DNA from: Promethearchaeota archaeon
Lineage (GTDB): Archaea; Asgardarchaeota; Lokiarchaeia; Sigyniarchaeales; SOKP01
Assembly (NCBI GenBank): GCA_016839555.1
Contig: JAEOUA010000008.1
Coordinates: forward strand, 262,372-326,371
DNA length: 64,000 nt
Direction: 5' to 3'
The notes below the pieces were generated by a model. It had not been told where the DNA came from and did no database searches. It saw only the letters and a list, made by a program, of their open reading frames with translations. This document shows, piece by piece, positions 30,313 through 38,824 of the stretch. Every line of letters starts with the position of its first letter. Position 1 is the first letter of the stretch. The position numbers were made by a program, and so were the translations under genes.

Positions 30313-30384
30313 ATAGGCTTATTAAATTCTTGAAATTCTAAAATTATTGTTTTATTGAATATAATTAGTTTAATTGTAATTTTA

Positions 30385-30582
30385 TCAATCTTTTTCTTCT
30401 TTATAGTTTTCTTCCTTAGTTTTTTTCTTATATTGAATAATAAATTTAATAATATGATATAAAATGTAAAAGAAAACAGCAGCAATACCCAGAGTACCGA
30501 TTATTATCATCATATAAAAGGGCGTTAAGTCCGTATAAAATATCTGTAAAAGGGTTTGTAGTAGTATTATTATTAACCACAT
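30385..30582 (-). CDS. Small membrane protein
   Basis: Hydrophobic segments followed by a charged tail. Confidence 0.45.
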   Translation of the reverse strand: MWLIIILLQTLLQIFYTDLTPFYMMIIIGTLGIAAVFFYILYHIIKFIIQYKKKTKEENYKEEKD

Positions 30583-30699
30583 AATTGAACTTGTTCTATT
30601 TAGCTTAAAATTATAGTTATGAAAAACATTATTTTTTTATATTAATAGTTTATCAATAAAAATTTATTTGTTTTATTAATATTTTTGGAGTAGCTACTG

Positions 30700-31302
30700 A
30701 TGGACGATAATACTGAGAGAAAACAGAATATATTAAAAGTCAAGAATTTTGCTAAAAAAAATTCATTAGATGATGATATACACGGTTTTGAGCATGTTAA
30801 GCGAGTTTATAAATTATGTCTTGAAATTGGAAAAAAATATAATGCTAATTTATATATTTTAGAAATTGCGGCTCTGCTACATGATATAGGAAGAATTCAT
30901 GAAAAAGAAAATATTTCAAAACAAAATCATGCGGAATTATCAGCTCAAAAATGTTTAGAATTTTTTAAGAGAGAAGATCTAAACCTAGATCAAGAAGAAC
31001 TCAATAATATTATTCATGCTATAAGAACGCATTCGTTTTCTAATAAAATAAGTCCGCAAACGTTAGAAGCCAAGATTTTATCAGATGCAGATAAGCTTGA
31101 TGCTCTGGGCGCCATTGGATTATATCGAACTATAGGATTTACAATTAAGAATAAAGGAGATTTGAAGGACGTCTTAAAACATTTAGAAGATAAGATTCTC
31201 GATTTAAGAACTCAGATGTATCTCAAAATATCTAAAAAAATAGCAGAAAAGCGCCATAAAATAATAAAGAAGTTTTATAAAGAGATTAAAACTCAATTTT
31301 AA
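30700..31302 (+). CDS. HD domain phosphohydrolase
   Basis: H...H..RV, ALLHDIGR, H, DADKLDALGAIG. Confidence 0.88.
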   Translation: MDDNTERKQNILKVKNFAKKNSLDDDIHGFEHVKRVYKLCLEIGKKYNANLYILEIAALLHDIGRIHEKENISKQNHAELSAQKCLEFFKREDLNLDQEELNNIIHAIRTHSFSNKISPQTLEAKILSDADKLDALGAIGLYRTIGFTIKNKGDLKDVLKHLEDKILDLRTQMYLKISKKIAEKRHKIIKKFYKEIKTQF

Positions 31303-31443
31303 AATTCTTGCGGTTTTAAATGTAATTAAGCCTGATAATTTATTAAACTGATTTAATATATGTACAGTACAGGATTAAATTTAGAAATAAATTTTAAATT
31401 TAGAATCTCATAAATTAAGAAGAAAAAAATAGTAAATTTCTAT

Positions 31444-32175
31444 TTATTTACTTTTTAAGATGAGTCTTTTAAACCAATCTGGGAGTAAAAATCCTAAATA
31501 AAATTCAACTGCACTAGAGATCAATAAAATACGAATCAATACTAAAAAAACAGGCCCTAAATCGATACCTGCGTCAAAAAGTACTCCTATTAAGAAAGAA
31601 ATAAAAGCTAATAAAAGCAACTTCCCTTTTAATCTAATTTCCGGATCATCCGATTTTAGCGAATCGCGGGCAAATAAAAATCCAAGAATAACCACAGAAA
31701 AGTTTAGAAATAATAAATATATTAGAACAAAACTTGTATGCTCAGTGCTAAAAACTCCACTTCTGTACCCTATTAGGGAAAGATCTGTGAATAAAAAATA
31801 GAGAAAAAATATCTCAAAAGCAGCTCCAATAATTGCATAAATAATAACTAAGACTTTTTGCTTATCCCTAAAAATCAGTTCCGTAATACCCCAAATATAA
31901 ATAACGCTAATGAATGGTATAAAGAAGTTTCCAAGAAAAAAATATAATTCATCGCTAAATGATTGCCCAGTTAGGATAACATACGTAAAATTGAAACTAC
32001 TAGGATACCATGGACATGCTAATCCCATCAATGCAATCCCTATTAGAAGAAGTGCTTTATGTTTATATTTAAAATACTTTATTAAAATTAATAAACCACT
32101 AATTGTGAATATCACAATTAAAAAAAGACTCATAATTCCTTGTATAAATTCCTCAGGCGCAAGAATTATTACCAT
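31444..32175 (-). CDS. Seven-TM membrane protein, paralog A
   Basis: About seven TM helices; shares PW.SS, GNFFIP and SL...DP...LKGK.L..AFISF with the neighbouring gene. Confidence 0.75.
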   Translation of the reverse strand: MVIILAPEEFIQGIMSLFLIVIFTISGLLILIKYFKYKHKALLLIGIALMGLACPWYPSSFNFTYVILTGQSFSDELYFFLGNFFIPFISVIYIWGITELIFRDKQKVLVIIYAIIGAAFEIFFLYFLFTDLSLIGYRSGVFSTEHTSFVLIYLLFLNFSVVILGFLFARDSLKSDDPEIRLKGKLLLLAFISFLIGVLFDAGIDLGPVFLVLIRILLISSAVEFYLGFLLPDWFKRLILKSK

Positions 32176-32235
32176 TTTTTTATCACTTCAAATTATTGTA
32201 TATGAAAACTTAATAGAATTTATGTATGTTTTTAT

Positions 32236-32946
32236 TTATTTTTTTAGAATTAAATTCTCTATAGCGGGGGGAAGTATATAACCTATATAAAAAAATATGG
32301 CACTCAAAACGAGCACTAATCGAGTAATTGGATTGGTTATAATGATATCAAACGCAGTTCCCAATAAAAAGGAAATAAAAGCAACAATTAAAAATTTGCC
32401 TTTTAATTTGACGCGAGGATCATTTGTTCTTAAAGAATTGATTGCGAAAATAATCCCTGTAAGAAATAATATAATTAAGGAAATGAATAAATAAATAATT
32501 ACCAATACTGAAAAATTTACATCAACAGGACCTTGCATTTTTCCAAGAAGCGTATAATCCGTAATTAGAAAATATAAAAAGAAGATCTCATAAATAACTG
32601 AGCAAATACTAAATACAATCGTAAAAATATGCTTTTTTCCAAGATTTGTTAGATCTTCCATGGCTAGAAGCCAAAATAAAATAAATATCGGTATAAAAAA
32701 ATTACCTATAAAAAGATAGGCTTGATCACTTAAACCAATTCCATTAAAAAGTGCAACTATGAAAGAAACTGAGGATGACCACCATGGTTCACTTAATCCA
32801 ATCCATGCTAGGCCAACATAGAGATAATTTAGATCCTCAAATTTTTTATACTTAATCATGATTAAAAATCCTACTATAACACAAATAATAACAAAAATAA
32901 GGCTAGAACTCCCATTTATGATTATTATCGGGTCTAACAAATTCAT
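32236..32946 (-). CDS. Seven-TM membrane protein, paralog B
   Basis: Tandem paralog of 31444-32175. Confidence 0.75.
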   Translation of the reverse strand: MNLLDPIIIINGSSSLIFVIICVIVGFLIMIKYKKFEDLNYLYVGLAWIGLSEPWWSSSVSFIVALFNGIGLSDQAYLFIGNFFIPIFILFWLLAMEDLTNLGKKHIFTIVFSICSVIYEIFFLYFLITDYTLLGKMQGPVDVNFSVLVIIYLFISLIILFLTGIIFAINSLRTNDPRVKLKGKFLIVAFISFLLGTAFDIIITNPITRLVLVLSAIFFYIGYILPPAIENLILKK

Positions 32947-33035
32947 TACCTCAATATTTTTAGATATTGGTAAAAATTAGCTATTCAAAATATGAAACTT
33001 TTGATTTATAAACATTTCCAAAAAAAAAGCACATT

Positions 33036-34298
33036 TTATTTCTTAAGGTTCAAAACTAAATTTTTAAGAACCTCAAATTTTTCTTCTGATGCCCAAATTA
33101 AATAAATAACATTGTCTACTACTATTGCGATTTCTTTAATAACTAAAATCCAATCCTCCCCAAGCTGTTTTGCTGTAGGACTTCCTTTCTTAAATTTTAT
33201 GAAAATATTTGCTCCATAATAATTCTGAATTTCTTCTTCCTCAAATTTAGTATATTCATCAAGATTTCCAATATCTTTTATTTTCTTCTTTTGCTTTAAA
33301 TTTTTTATCTGTTCTCTAATTTTATCATATACCAGAGCTAGTTTATCTTTAGCTCGAATTTCATCTGCAATTTTTTCTTCATACTCGAAAATAACGATAC
33401 CAAAATCTTTTTCAAGTCCCATAAAGCCTAATACGTCAATATCAAACACATCTTTTCCAAAAGATTGTATCTGATCATAATACTGGGATTTTTCCAATCC
33501 TTCAATAAAATATTCTTCTATTAAAAATTGAAAGCTTTTTAAAATTTTGATTTCTTCTTCTTTTTCTTCTATAATTTTATTGACTAATTTATTAATCGGA
33601 CGTGCAATATATATTTGTGTACCTTTAGGGGTTTTGGATCCCTTTTCAACCCAATTACTCTTTATAAGCCTATCTATTATACGATAAATGGTTGTACGCT
33701 TGATATCTAATTGTTTATTGAGATTTCCCACAATATTTCCGTGAGAACCTTTCTCTAATAAAGTTAGATAAACTTTACTTTCTTCCAGGGTTAATCCAAA
33801 TTTTTGAAGTCCTAATCGTCTTAAAATTCCCATGGTATCAAAGAGAAATTTTGGAGATATCTTTTGAAATTTCGTATCAGGTGAAAATATTATATTTGGG
33901 GCAATGAAAGGTTCACGAGAACTCATAGAACTTAAAGAGCGACCTAAAGCTGTGAAAATTTTCATTAACTCCATAAAAACTTCTCCTTCCTTACAGATTA
34001 TTTTACAAATTATCCCCATTCCCTGAACTCTATAACCAATAAGCCAATGATTTCTGCCTTTTGCTGCAAATCTTTCAGGCGTATTATTGAAAATTCTGTA
34101 ATTTCCTTCCCCAATAGATAATAATTTTGGCTCTTTTTTTCCCCATTTAGAAAATATTTCTCGTAATTCTTTTTCGTTCGTGATATCCCATGTCTTAGTT
34201 TGATATGAAATTTTGTTTTCATTCTCAAATATTGCAAGTGATATTATATTCGGGTTATCTTTTATTAAATCACTTATGACAGATTCATAACCCGTCAA
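33036..34298 (-). CDS. Profilin-like domain fused to a TrmB-type winged HTH transcription regulator
   Basis: N-terminal ~125 aa resemble Asgard profilins (LAIFENENKISYQTKTWDI, LSIGEGNYRIFNNTPER); central GLTLEESKVYLTLL...IKRTTIYRIIDRLIKSNWVEK...YIARP is a TrmB HTH. Confidence 0.75.
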   Translation of the reverse strand: MTGYESVISDLIKDNPNIISLAIFENENKISYQTKTWDITNEKELREIFSKWGKKEPKLLSIGEGNYRIFNNTPERFAAKGRNHWLIGYRVQGMGIICKIICKEGEVFMELMKIFTALGRSLSSMSSREPFIAPNIIFSPDTKFQKISPKFLFDTMGILRRLGLQKFGLTLEESKVYLTLLEKGSHGNIVGNLNKQLDIKRTTIYRIIDRLIKSNWVEKGSKTPKGTQIYIARPINKLVNKIIEEKEEEIKILKSFQFLIEEYFIEGLEKSQYYDQIQSFGKDVFDIDVLGFMGLEKDFGIVIFEYEEKIADEIRAKDKLALVYDKIREQIKNLKQKKKIKDIGNLDEYTKFEEEEIQNYYGANIFIKFKKGSPTAKQLGEDWILVIKEIAIVVDNVIYLIWASEEKFEVLKNLVLNLKK

Positions 34299-34377
34299 AG
34301 TATTAATCCCTTTTATTTTATTTTTGAGTATATAATTTAATTCTAGTAATTTTTTTTCACTTATAACATTCCTTTAT

Positions 34378-34572
34378 TTAATATTTTTCTTTAAGTTTTT
34401 TTTTTAATTCATCTAAAAGTGTTTTAAAATATTTTTTTGTTTTCATATCTAATAAATACGAAAAGGAATTATTCTGTTTAATAGAACTAAGTTCTCCTTT
34501 AAATTTTATTATTCCTTCGTCTAACACTATACAAGGAATTCCTTTTAGTTCTTTTATTATTAAAATGCTCAT
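34378..34572 (-). CDS. Small protein, paralog 2 (GIPCIVLDE motif)
   Basis: 64 aa; shares GIPCIVLDE and an L.ELKK helix with the adjacent ORF; 6-bp gap. Confidence 0.75.
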   Translation of the reverse strand: MSILIIKELKGIPCIVLDEGIIKFKGELSSIKQNNSFSYLLDMKTKKYFKTLLDELKKKLKEKY

Positions 34573-34578
34573 TCCCTC

Positions 34579-34782
34579 TTATTTCTCCTTATTATTATTA
34601 TCATCATCAAACCTTTTTTTCAACTCATTTAACACATCTTTTAAATTTTTTAAGTCATTTGAATTTTGAAAAAACATAAAATTATTTTTTTCCTTCCAAT
34701 CTTGAAATTTTGAAAATTCTTTATCTATTTCTTCATCTAAAACAATACACGGAATACCTTCTACATATTTTATTCTTATCAT
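34579..34782 (-). CDS. Small protein, paralog 1 (GIPCIVLDE motif)
   Basis: 67 aa; AGAGGT ribosome-binding site; paralogous to 34378-34572. Confidence 0.75.
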   Translation of the reverse strand: MIRIKYVEGIPCIVLDEEIDKEFSKFQDWKEKNNFMFFQNSNDLKNLKDVLNELKKRFDDDNNNKEK

Positions 34783-34900
34783 TTTAGACCTCTTTTTGGT
34801 ATTTATCCTACTTTCAGATTTTTTATTTTGAATTAATAGATCTTATAAAAAAAAAGAATTTTGAATTAGATTTTTTCCTTAAAAACATGTGCTAAAGCGC

Positions 34901-36040
34901 TTAGAAGCATCTGTGAATGACTTGCGGCCCCAATTCTTTATATTCGCGTCTGGTAATCCACATACGATGGAAAGTCTTTAAAGAACTCAAGATTGAACCG
35001 CCAATCCACACAGAATACATTCTTTCAGGTGGAGCGATGATTTTTACATCGACGGATTCTGGAATTTGCTCTCTTATTTCCTTAGTCAATCGCTCTTTAA
35101 TCCCAGGGAACATGGTAGAACCTCCAGATAACACAATATTACTGTAGAGATCTCTCCGTAAATCGACATCACACTCATCTATCGCATTTACCACTAAATC
35201 GTCCATCGGTGGTAATTCTTTCCCAATAACAGAAGGATTAAAGAGACACTCTGGGGCTAAAAATCGCTCAACTCCCACTTTAACGATCTCACCATCTGGA
35301 AGCATATATGCTTTTTCCATTCCCGCTACTTTTTTTGAAAGTATCATTTCTTTTTCAGGATCTATTGCGATATAGCAGAGTTTCTCCTTAATATCGCGAA
35401 CTATCTCGACTTCCGCCGTTGTGATCATTGGGATACCATTTTGCCTCAAAAGTCGCTTTAAATATTGTGTTACATCTCGTCCTGCAAGATCCACTCGTTC
35501 AATTGCATGGCCTAGAGCAAATCCTTCAAAGATCGGAACAATATGAGACACTCCATCCCCTATATCAATAACAACACCAGTTGCACGACCAGAAGCATAT
35601 AAAGAGAGAACCGCTTGGGTTGCAACATAAAGTGCGGGTACATTAAAGGTCTCAAACATAATTTCCGTCATTTTCTCTCTATTAAATCGAGGATTTAAAG
35701 GCGCTTCGGTTAATAGAATTGGATGCTCAGAAGGATCAACCCTTAAATCTGTATAGAAGGTATAATGCCAAATCCGCTCCATCGCAGGCCAATCGTTAAT
35801 AGTTCCATGAGTAATTGGGAAGTTTAAATGCATAACACCTTTTAATTTCATCGCATCATCTCCTATATACCATTCTCTGCCATAATCTTGTAACTCTGGC
35901 ATAATATTCCCATATTTAGGTCGCCCAGTAACTGTAGGAAACACGGAACGGGGTTGATCTTCACCAGCAAAACCGTTTTTAGTAATCCCTGTCCCATTGT
36001 CCAAAACAATTGCTTTATTAAAAATCTCATTTTCAGCCAT
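34901..36040 (-). CDS. Asgard actin (Lokiactin family)
   Basis: DNGTG, FAGED.PRSVFP, LLTEAPLNP, FETFNVPA, QAVLSLYASGR, GDGVSH, LAGRD, IVRDIKE, LPDG, NIVLSGGSTMFPG, SVWIGGSIL, C-terminal HRCF. Confidence 0.97.
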   Translation of the reverse strand: MAENEIFNKAIVLDNGTGITKNGFAGEDQPRSVFPTVTGRPKYGNIMPELQDYGREWYIGDDAMKLKGVMHLNFPITHGTINDWPAMERIWHYTFYTDLRVDPSEHPILLTEAPLNPRFNREKMTEIMFETFNVPALYVATQAVLSLYASGRATGVVIDIGDGVSHIVPIFEGFALGHAIERVDLAGRDVTQYLKRLLRQNGIPMITTAEVEIVRDIKEKLCYIAIDPEKEMILSKKVAGMEKAYMLPDGEIVKVGVERFLAPECLFNPSVIGKELPPMDDLVVNAIDECDVDLRRDLYSNIVLSGGSTMFPGIKERLTKEIREQIPESVDVKIIAPPERMYSVWIGGSILSSLKTFHRMWITRREYKELGPQVIHRCF

Positions 36041-36085
36041 TTTTATTCCTCCACATATTTTATTTTTTTATATTTGTTTTTTAAT

Positions 36086-36183
36086 ATAGAAATCTTATCG
36101 AATTTCTATTAAATTCTGTTTATATGGCAAACGGAGTATGGAATAGGACATAATTTTGCATTAATCTCTATTCTTTCCGTTTG
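36086..36183 (-). promoter_or_regulatory. Structured 5' leader of the actin gene (two hairpins)
   Basis: CAAACGGA(36128-36135)/TCCGTTTG(36176-36183) with inner GAATAG/CTATTC; ATAGAAAT(36086-36093)/ATTTCTAT(36102-36109). Confidence 0.45.
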
Positions 36184-36224
36184 TTTTTTTCTATTTTTTC
36201 TTATGAATATAATGAAATTGATCC

Positions 36225-36279
36225 TATTTAAATGTTGTCACGATATGGTGACAATATAGTCTGGATATGGTGACAATAT
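36225..36279 (-). promoter_or_regulatory. Actin promoter: TATA box plus tandem operator
   Basis: TTTAAATA on minus strand (36232-36225); palindrome TTGTCAC-N6-GTGACAA (36235-36254); perfect 16-bp direct repeat GATATGGTGACAATAT at 36242 and 36264. Confidence 0.65.
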
Positions 36280-36385
36280 GATAATACAATTGTTAATAAT
36301 TTAATTGTAAGGAGAAAAATATTAATTTTTCAAATGAAATAAAAGTCAAAAGCTTTAAAAAAAGAAGTTCTTAAAATTATTTTAT

Positions 36386-36410
36386 TGTAATACATTTATA
36401 TATGTAATAC
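36386..36410 (+). promoter_or_regulatory. vapBC promoter with autoregulatory operator
   Basis: TGTAATAC repeats (36386, 36403) flanking TTTATATA (36395-36402). Confidence 0.55.
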
Positions 36411-36429
36411 TATTATTTATAATATAAAT

Positions 36430-36660
36430 ATGCCAACAATAAGTATAAGAATCGATCCTAAATTAAAAAGAAAGATGGATTCCTTTAAACATTTTAATTG
36501 GAGTGAAGTGATACGGCAAGCAATAAAAAATAAAATAAATGCTGAAAGAGAAAAAAATTTAGCAAAAGCGGTTCTACTTAATGAACAAGTTCGTAAGAAA
36601 GCACCTAAAGATTTTAACACTACGGATATAATTCGAATATTTCGGGAAGAACGCCATTAA
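36430..36660 (+). CDS. vapB: RHH-type antitoxin (VapB family)
   Basis: TISIRID..LK..M...NWSEVIRQAI; upstream of a PIN toxin. Confidence 0.85.
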   Translation: MPTISIRIDPKLKRKMDSFKHFNWSEVIRQAIKNKINAEREKNLAKAVLLNEQVRKKAPKDFNTTDIIRIFREERH

Positions 36661-36679
36661 ATGAAAGGAGAAGAAAAAA

Positions 36680-37111
36680 ATGGAAATTATCCAGATAGTT
36701 GTTGATGCTAATGTTATTACAAAATGGTTTATTGAAGAGAAAAACTCAGATAAGGCAAATAAAATAAAGGAGAAATATATTAATGGAGAAATTGATATAT
36801 TAGTATCACCATTATTATTTTTTGAAGTTCTTAATGCATTAAAATATAGTCAATTATTTGATAAAACAGAACTTAATTCTGTGGGAGAGAGCATAGAAAA
36901 TTATGGATTTACAATTGTTACTATTCAAAAGGAGATTCGCAAACAAATGATTCACATTGCTGTTAATCATGAATTGTCAATATATGACGCATCTTATGTA
37001 GCTTTGTGTTTAGAAAATAATTGCATCTTATATACAGCAGATAATAGGATTATTGAAAAGCTTCCAAATAAATTAAAACAATACGTAAAAAATTTGAGTG
37101 AATTTAAATAA
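36680..37111 (+). CDS. vapC: PIN-domain toxin (VapC)
   Basis: VVDANV, EVLNAL, LSIYDASYV, LYTAD. Confidence 0.9.
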   Translation: MEIIQIVVDANVITKWFIEEKNSDKANKIKEKYINGEIDILVSPLLFFEVLNALKYSQLFDKTELNSVGESIENYGFTIVTIQKEIRKQMIHIAVNHELSIYDASYVALCLENNCILYTADNRIIEKLPNKLKQYVKNLSEFK

Positions 37112-37368
37112 ACGGATAATTTAAAACCATAAAAAGCTAAATTTTTTTTCATGATGGAAAGTTTTATTTAATAACATATTATTCCCATTATACTAATCGA
37201 TTTTATTTTATCCTTATTCCCAACTTTTCTGTTAGTTAATATAACTTGTAGAAAATACAATAGAATTGAGAAAAAATCAAACTTTATTCGAAATTAAAAA
37301 TTATTACTCATTTTTAAATAATAGAAAGAATTCTATAAGGTATTAATTATTGAAATGTAAAATAAACA

Positions 37369-38622
37369 ATGAAGATGTCTTCTAATAAAGATTCCATACA
37401 ATACCATTTATATATTTCCTTAATCGTGCTGGTAATTATAATTCTTTATATCTTATTTACAAGTATCTTATTTCCATCTGGTTTTAGAAAATATATCGTA
37501 TATATCCAAATAGGTCCCTTTTCTCCGTATTTTTTTACTATTGCCGCAATTTTTGCCATATTTGGAACTATGATATTATATCATAGTATAAAATTTGAAC
37601 TGACCTCCCTTACCTTTATCATATGCGCGTTATTTTCCTCTGCTCTTTCTTATTTCTTTGGGTGGTTGAATTGGAATCCTGCTGGAGAAGTACCTAAAAC
37701 AGGTTTATATGAGGCTCAAATTTTATTATCTTCTATTGCTCTTTTCTTTCTTTTTCTTCATTTCGAGCTAAATGAAAGAGAATCTCCCAGAGCGTGGTTA
37801 ACAAGTATTATATCCATTTGCCTCTTTCCCTTGTCTTTTAAAAATATATTTTCAATATTAAGTGGCATTTATGAATTTAATACAACCTTTGAATATTTTC
37901 TCGGGATCTTAGTTCAAATTGGAGCAATAGTAATATTTATAGCAAATTTCGTTATTGCTTTGAGAATATCGAAAGCTGTTTTTGTTCGCAACGAAGAATT
38001 AAGAAATCTCGGAGGAATCCAATTTGCAGGGTTATTTTTTCTATTCTTTCATGTGTTTTTCGAATTTAGTGAAGGGCTTATTAAAATTATAAATCCTAAA
38101 TTTTCGGTTTTTAACACACCGATATTAGTTATAGCGATGCTTTTAATTAGCATACCATACTATAAAAAACCAGAGGTTTTATCATTTGTCTCCCCTAATG
38201 TTAAAGCGATTGGACTAGTAGATATAAATGGAATCACCCATTATTTTAAGGCAACCTCAGAAGAATTTGAGGAAAGGCGTAATATCTCTGAAGAATTATT
38301 TGGAGGCCTTACTGTAGCATTCCAGAGTGTAGGAAAGGAAGTAGCGCAAGCCAAAAAGGGGGTTGATTCTTTGAAATTTGGGGATCGTGCGATTATTATT
38401 GAATATCTTAACCCCTTTTATTTTGTGGTAATAGCAGAACGGAGTTCCTATTTTCTTCATCTCGAAATGAAACAATATTTAAAAGATTTAAAAACTTATT
38501 ATAAAGAATTTCCAGAATATGGTGAAGTAATCTCGGAGGATATTATTAAACAATTAAATGAAAAGTTTTATCCAATGCCACCATATTATTTTGCAACAGA
38601 ATCCAAAAATGAAAAAACATGA
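37369..38622 (+). CDS. Multi-pass membrane protein with C-terminal longin/roadblock-like domain
   Basis: About 8 TM helices, then AIGLVDINGIT...ELFGGLTVAFQSVGKEV...SLKFGDRAIIIE. Confidence 0.65.
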   Translation: MKMSSNKDSIQYHLYISLIVLVIIILYILFTSILFPSGFRKYIVYIQIGPFSPYFFTIAAIFAIFGTMILYHSIKFELTSLTFIICALFSSALSYFFGWLNWNPAGEVPKTGLYEAQILLSSIALFFLFLHFELNERESPRAWLTSIISICLFPLSFKNIFSILSGIYEFNTTFEYFLGILVQIGAIVIFIANFVIALRISKAVFVRNEELRNLGGIQFAGLFFLFFHVFFEFSEGLIKIINPKFSVFNTPILVIAMLLISIPYYKKPEVLSFVSPNVKAIGLVDINGITHYFKATSEEFEERRNISEELFGGLTVAFQSVGKEVAQAKKGVDSLKFGDRAIIIEYLNPFYFVVIAERSSYFLHLEMKQYLKDLKTYYKEFPEYGEVISEDIIKQLNEKFYPMPPYYFATESKNEKT

Positions 38623-38824
38623 AGATATATAACTCAAGAATTGTACCGCTAATTTGAAATAATTATTATCTAAGATTTTTAATGAGACGATTAAAGATGT
38701 AGCTAAATTTTTATTATTTATTATCTAAACTAATAAGAAATATGATATAAATTATATTCAATATAATCATTTCATTTATATGATTTTCAAAGGTTATTAA
38801 TAAATAGAATAATAATTTATCGTA

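Noticed and set aside
36242-36279. Direct repeats as a mini-CRISPR
   Set aside because: Only two 16-bp copies with a 6-bp spacer and no cas genes
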